Assembly (NCBI GenBank): GCA_964016885.1
Contig: OZ024758.1
Location: 23,932,001 to 23,996,000, forward strand
DNA: 64,000 nt
Origin: Eledone cirrhosa
Lineage: Eukaryota
Direction: 5' to 3'
The first letter of the stretch is position 1. Each line of letters opens with the position of its first letter. The notes under the pieces are model-generated. The model worked only from the letters and a program-made list of their open reading frames with translations, made no database searches and was not told the origin of the DNA. The position numbers and the translations under genes were made by a program. Below, one piece after another: positions 61,683 through 64,000 of this stretch.

Positions 61683-62442
61683 CTAGCAGTAAAGCCCGGC
61701 GTTGCTCGGGGTCGCTCAGTAGCTGTGTTAAAGTTACAATGTTAAGTTTCTTTTTTGGCTTAAAAACTGTAATGTCTACTGTGCAGACTTGCATGTGGTG
61801 TTTTTGATTAATATTCCCTCAACCAACAATATGCCTTATGAAGTTAAGAAAACATAACGATAACCCGAATGTTATAACAAAAGAGGATGCTGGGGATAAA
61901 AACTGCACTGGTTATTTATTAACAAAGATCGAAAATGTAAACACTGCAACGCAGAGAAAAACATTAGCGTAACCAAATTATCAGTTATGTCTGTCTGCAC
62001 GCCTATATCACCTCTCTGCACGACTGTCTGTCTGCACGCCTGAAATATTTGCTTGTTTTACGTAGTCTTTAAATAGACTTGTTTTCAAGTAAAAATATTG
62101 TTTTAAAATGCTTTTAAATGGAAATGAAGCAAAACGGAAGCTTAGTGTTCGAACTGATGAATTTTGCAGGTCAATATTTTGCCAGCGTAATTTTTTACGT
62201 AAGACGCTCAATGTAAACAGAACAAAGGGAAATAACTGATAACTTACGCTCAAAAATCGATACATTATATTCGATTTCGTCACATAGGGTGGGTCAATTT
62301 GAAATATTTTTTTTCCGATGTCTTCGCTAGGGCTCAATGTACAAGTCTAGCAATTTCGGTGCAATTCCGTCAGAGATTCTAAGAGGAGATGTGTGCCAAA
62401 AATCGATAGACAGACAGACAACCACAGCTTTATATATATAGA
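61683..62442 (-). mobile_element. Non-autonomous Helitron
   Basis: Minus strand starts A|TCtatatatataaagc with (ctgt)n near the 5' end. It ends with hairpin cccgagcaacgccggg and CTAG|T. No TSD. Confidence 0.8.
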
Positions 62443-62487
62443 TTGTAATCAAGGAATTATTAAATTAAATAGGCTTTTTTTTTTATT

Positions 62488-62640
62488 ATCGGTAGAAAGT
62501 CGGACGTCATGCTTTGCAGCATAGAGTTACGCCTATTTACGGTCTGAGTTCAAATCCCGCCGAGGTTAACTTTGCCTGTCCTCCTTACGGGGTCGATAAA
62601 ATAAAGTACCAGTAATGCACCAGGATAATTGCTGGCCTTG
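62488..62640 (+). mobile_element. SINE family 1
   Basis: B box and core. Confidence 0.8.
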
Positions 62641-62893
62641 TTAAACTTTCCAGGGATAACTTGAACCATTAAGGTATATTATCCTTGGTCATGTCAAATA
62701 TTTTATAAAACTTTTTGTATTTTATCTGATGATAGCGTACCAAAATTTTGGTACCCTTGAAATATATATAATTGAATAAATATGGTTTTATAAATATAGT
62801 TTCCATTTAATATCATTGAATATTAACTCCAAAAACTGTCGAGTGCTCTGAACTGAATCAGTTGTATTTCCAACAAATTAAAAATCCCTTCTA

Positions 62894-62952
<59 letters not shown>

Positions 62953-63285
62953 GACGTGAATCTGCAAATAGATAGTGTCTTATTGGAAATATAGCGCAAA
63001 ATGTTTCTGAACTAAGATGGCTTCCTATAATTGATTTTAGATAAGTCAGAGTGAACAACGACCGATATTCCCTCCACCGTTACAGAAGATTAAAAATTTG
63101 ATGTGTCATGTATACATCACCAGTTTATCAGACTTTAAGAATACATTTGCTGGCTATTGATTTTCCTACAACTATTGAAATCGAACTGAATTGAGTCGTC
63201 TCTTAATACCATGTCACAGATCATACTGTACTCTGTATATGACTAACAAGAAGAATCTTTGGAGCGTTTTACAAATCTTAACTGC

Positions 63286-63318
<33 letters not shown>

Positions 63319-63368
63319 TGTATGTATGTATGTATGTATGTATGTAGGTATGTATGTATGTATGTATG

Positions 63369-64000
63369 TTCTTCTGGTTTTATAATTTCACTAAGTTTTA
63401 CCAATAGAGAGAGAGTCGGTTTCTAACATAAACACAAGACTCTCTCATTGGAATTTAGATAACATCAACTAGGTAGATTATGTATGCATGCGTGTGTAGA
63501 TATGGATGTTATTGTATGTGTGGATGTGTATGTTTTGAGTTGTACGTGTGCATGTGTATATGCTTTGTATCTGTACATGTGTATATGCAGTTATTAGATG
63601 CAAAATTTTTGGAATGTTTTACATATTTTTACTGTTCCATTAATGGGTTGTACTTGTAATTTCCTAACTAGTTGTGTTCTTTCTGTTCCTGTGAAGCCTA
63701 GCTTCTCAAGATTTGTATTGAGGCAGTTACTAACATATCCCAGTGCCCCAATAATCACAGGCATAAATCTGAAGGTGTAATCAGGGTGGAGTATCTGCAG
63801 ATTTCTCATCAGTTCTGCATACATATTGTGCTTTTCACTAATCTTTGATATTATATTGGCATCTGCTGGGCAGCTAATTTCCACTACTGTGCATGTTTTC
63901 TTCTCCCTGTCCCATATAATATCTGGTCTGTTATGCCAGCATTTTATTGGGGTTTTTACTGGAACATTCCACCAGTACTCTTTCATATTATGTACATGGA
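63369..64000 (-). mobile_element. 3' end of an R4/Dong-like RLE non-LTR retrotransposon (continues beyond the window)
   Basis: ORF 63594-63986 has the restriction-like endonuclease signature HNRPDII...EISCP...N...K..EK...Y..L...PVIIGALG. The 3' end abuts (CATA)n at 63290-63368. Confidence 0.8.

Overview
AT-rich, repeat-dense animal (eukaryotic) DNA. The SINE families and the (TA)n/(CA)n/(TC)n load suggest a cephalopod such as Octopus (inference). No host protein-coding gene can be supported. Main contents: (1) an apparently intact ~5.7-kb L1/Tx1-type LINE (ORF1 with CCHC knuckle, ORF2 APE-RT-zinc finger) sitting in a (TATC/TA)n tract. (2) A ~15.6-kb array of a 24-bp unit that mimics a mucin ORF but lies inside a small hAT-like MITE; its TIRs and 8-bp TSD interrupt a CRE-like LINE fragment that resumes on the far side. 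(3) Several minimal hammerhead-ribozyme motifs and (TA)n-flanked fold-back palindromes, consistent with Penelope-like element ends; some palindromes are centred on what would be hammerhead stem II. (4) Fragments of R4/Dong-like, Vingi/Ingi-like and CRE-like LINEs, a decayed Tc1/mariner transposase, hAT and Tc1/mariner MITEs, a non-autonomous Helitron, dozens of tRNA-derived SINE copies and many mini/microsatellites. Most long ORFs in the track are repeat artefacts.
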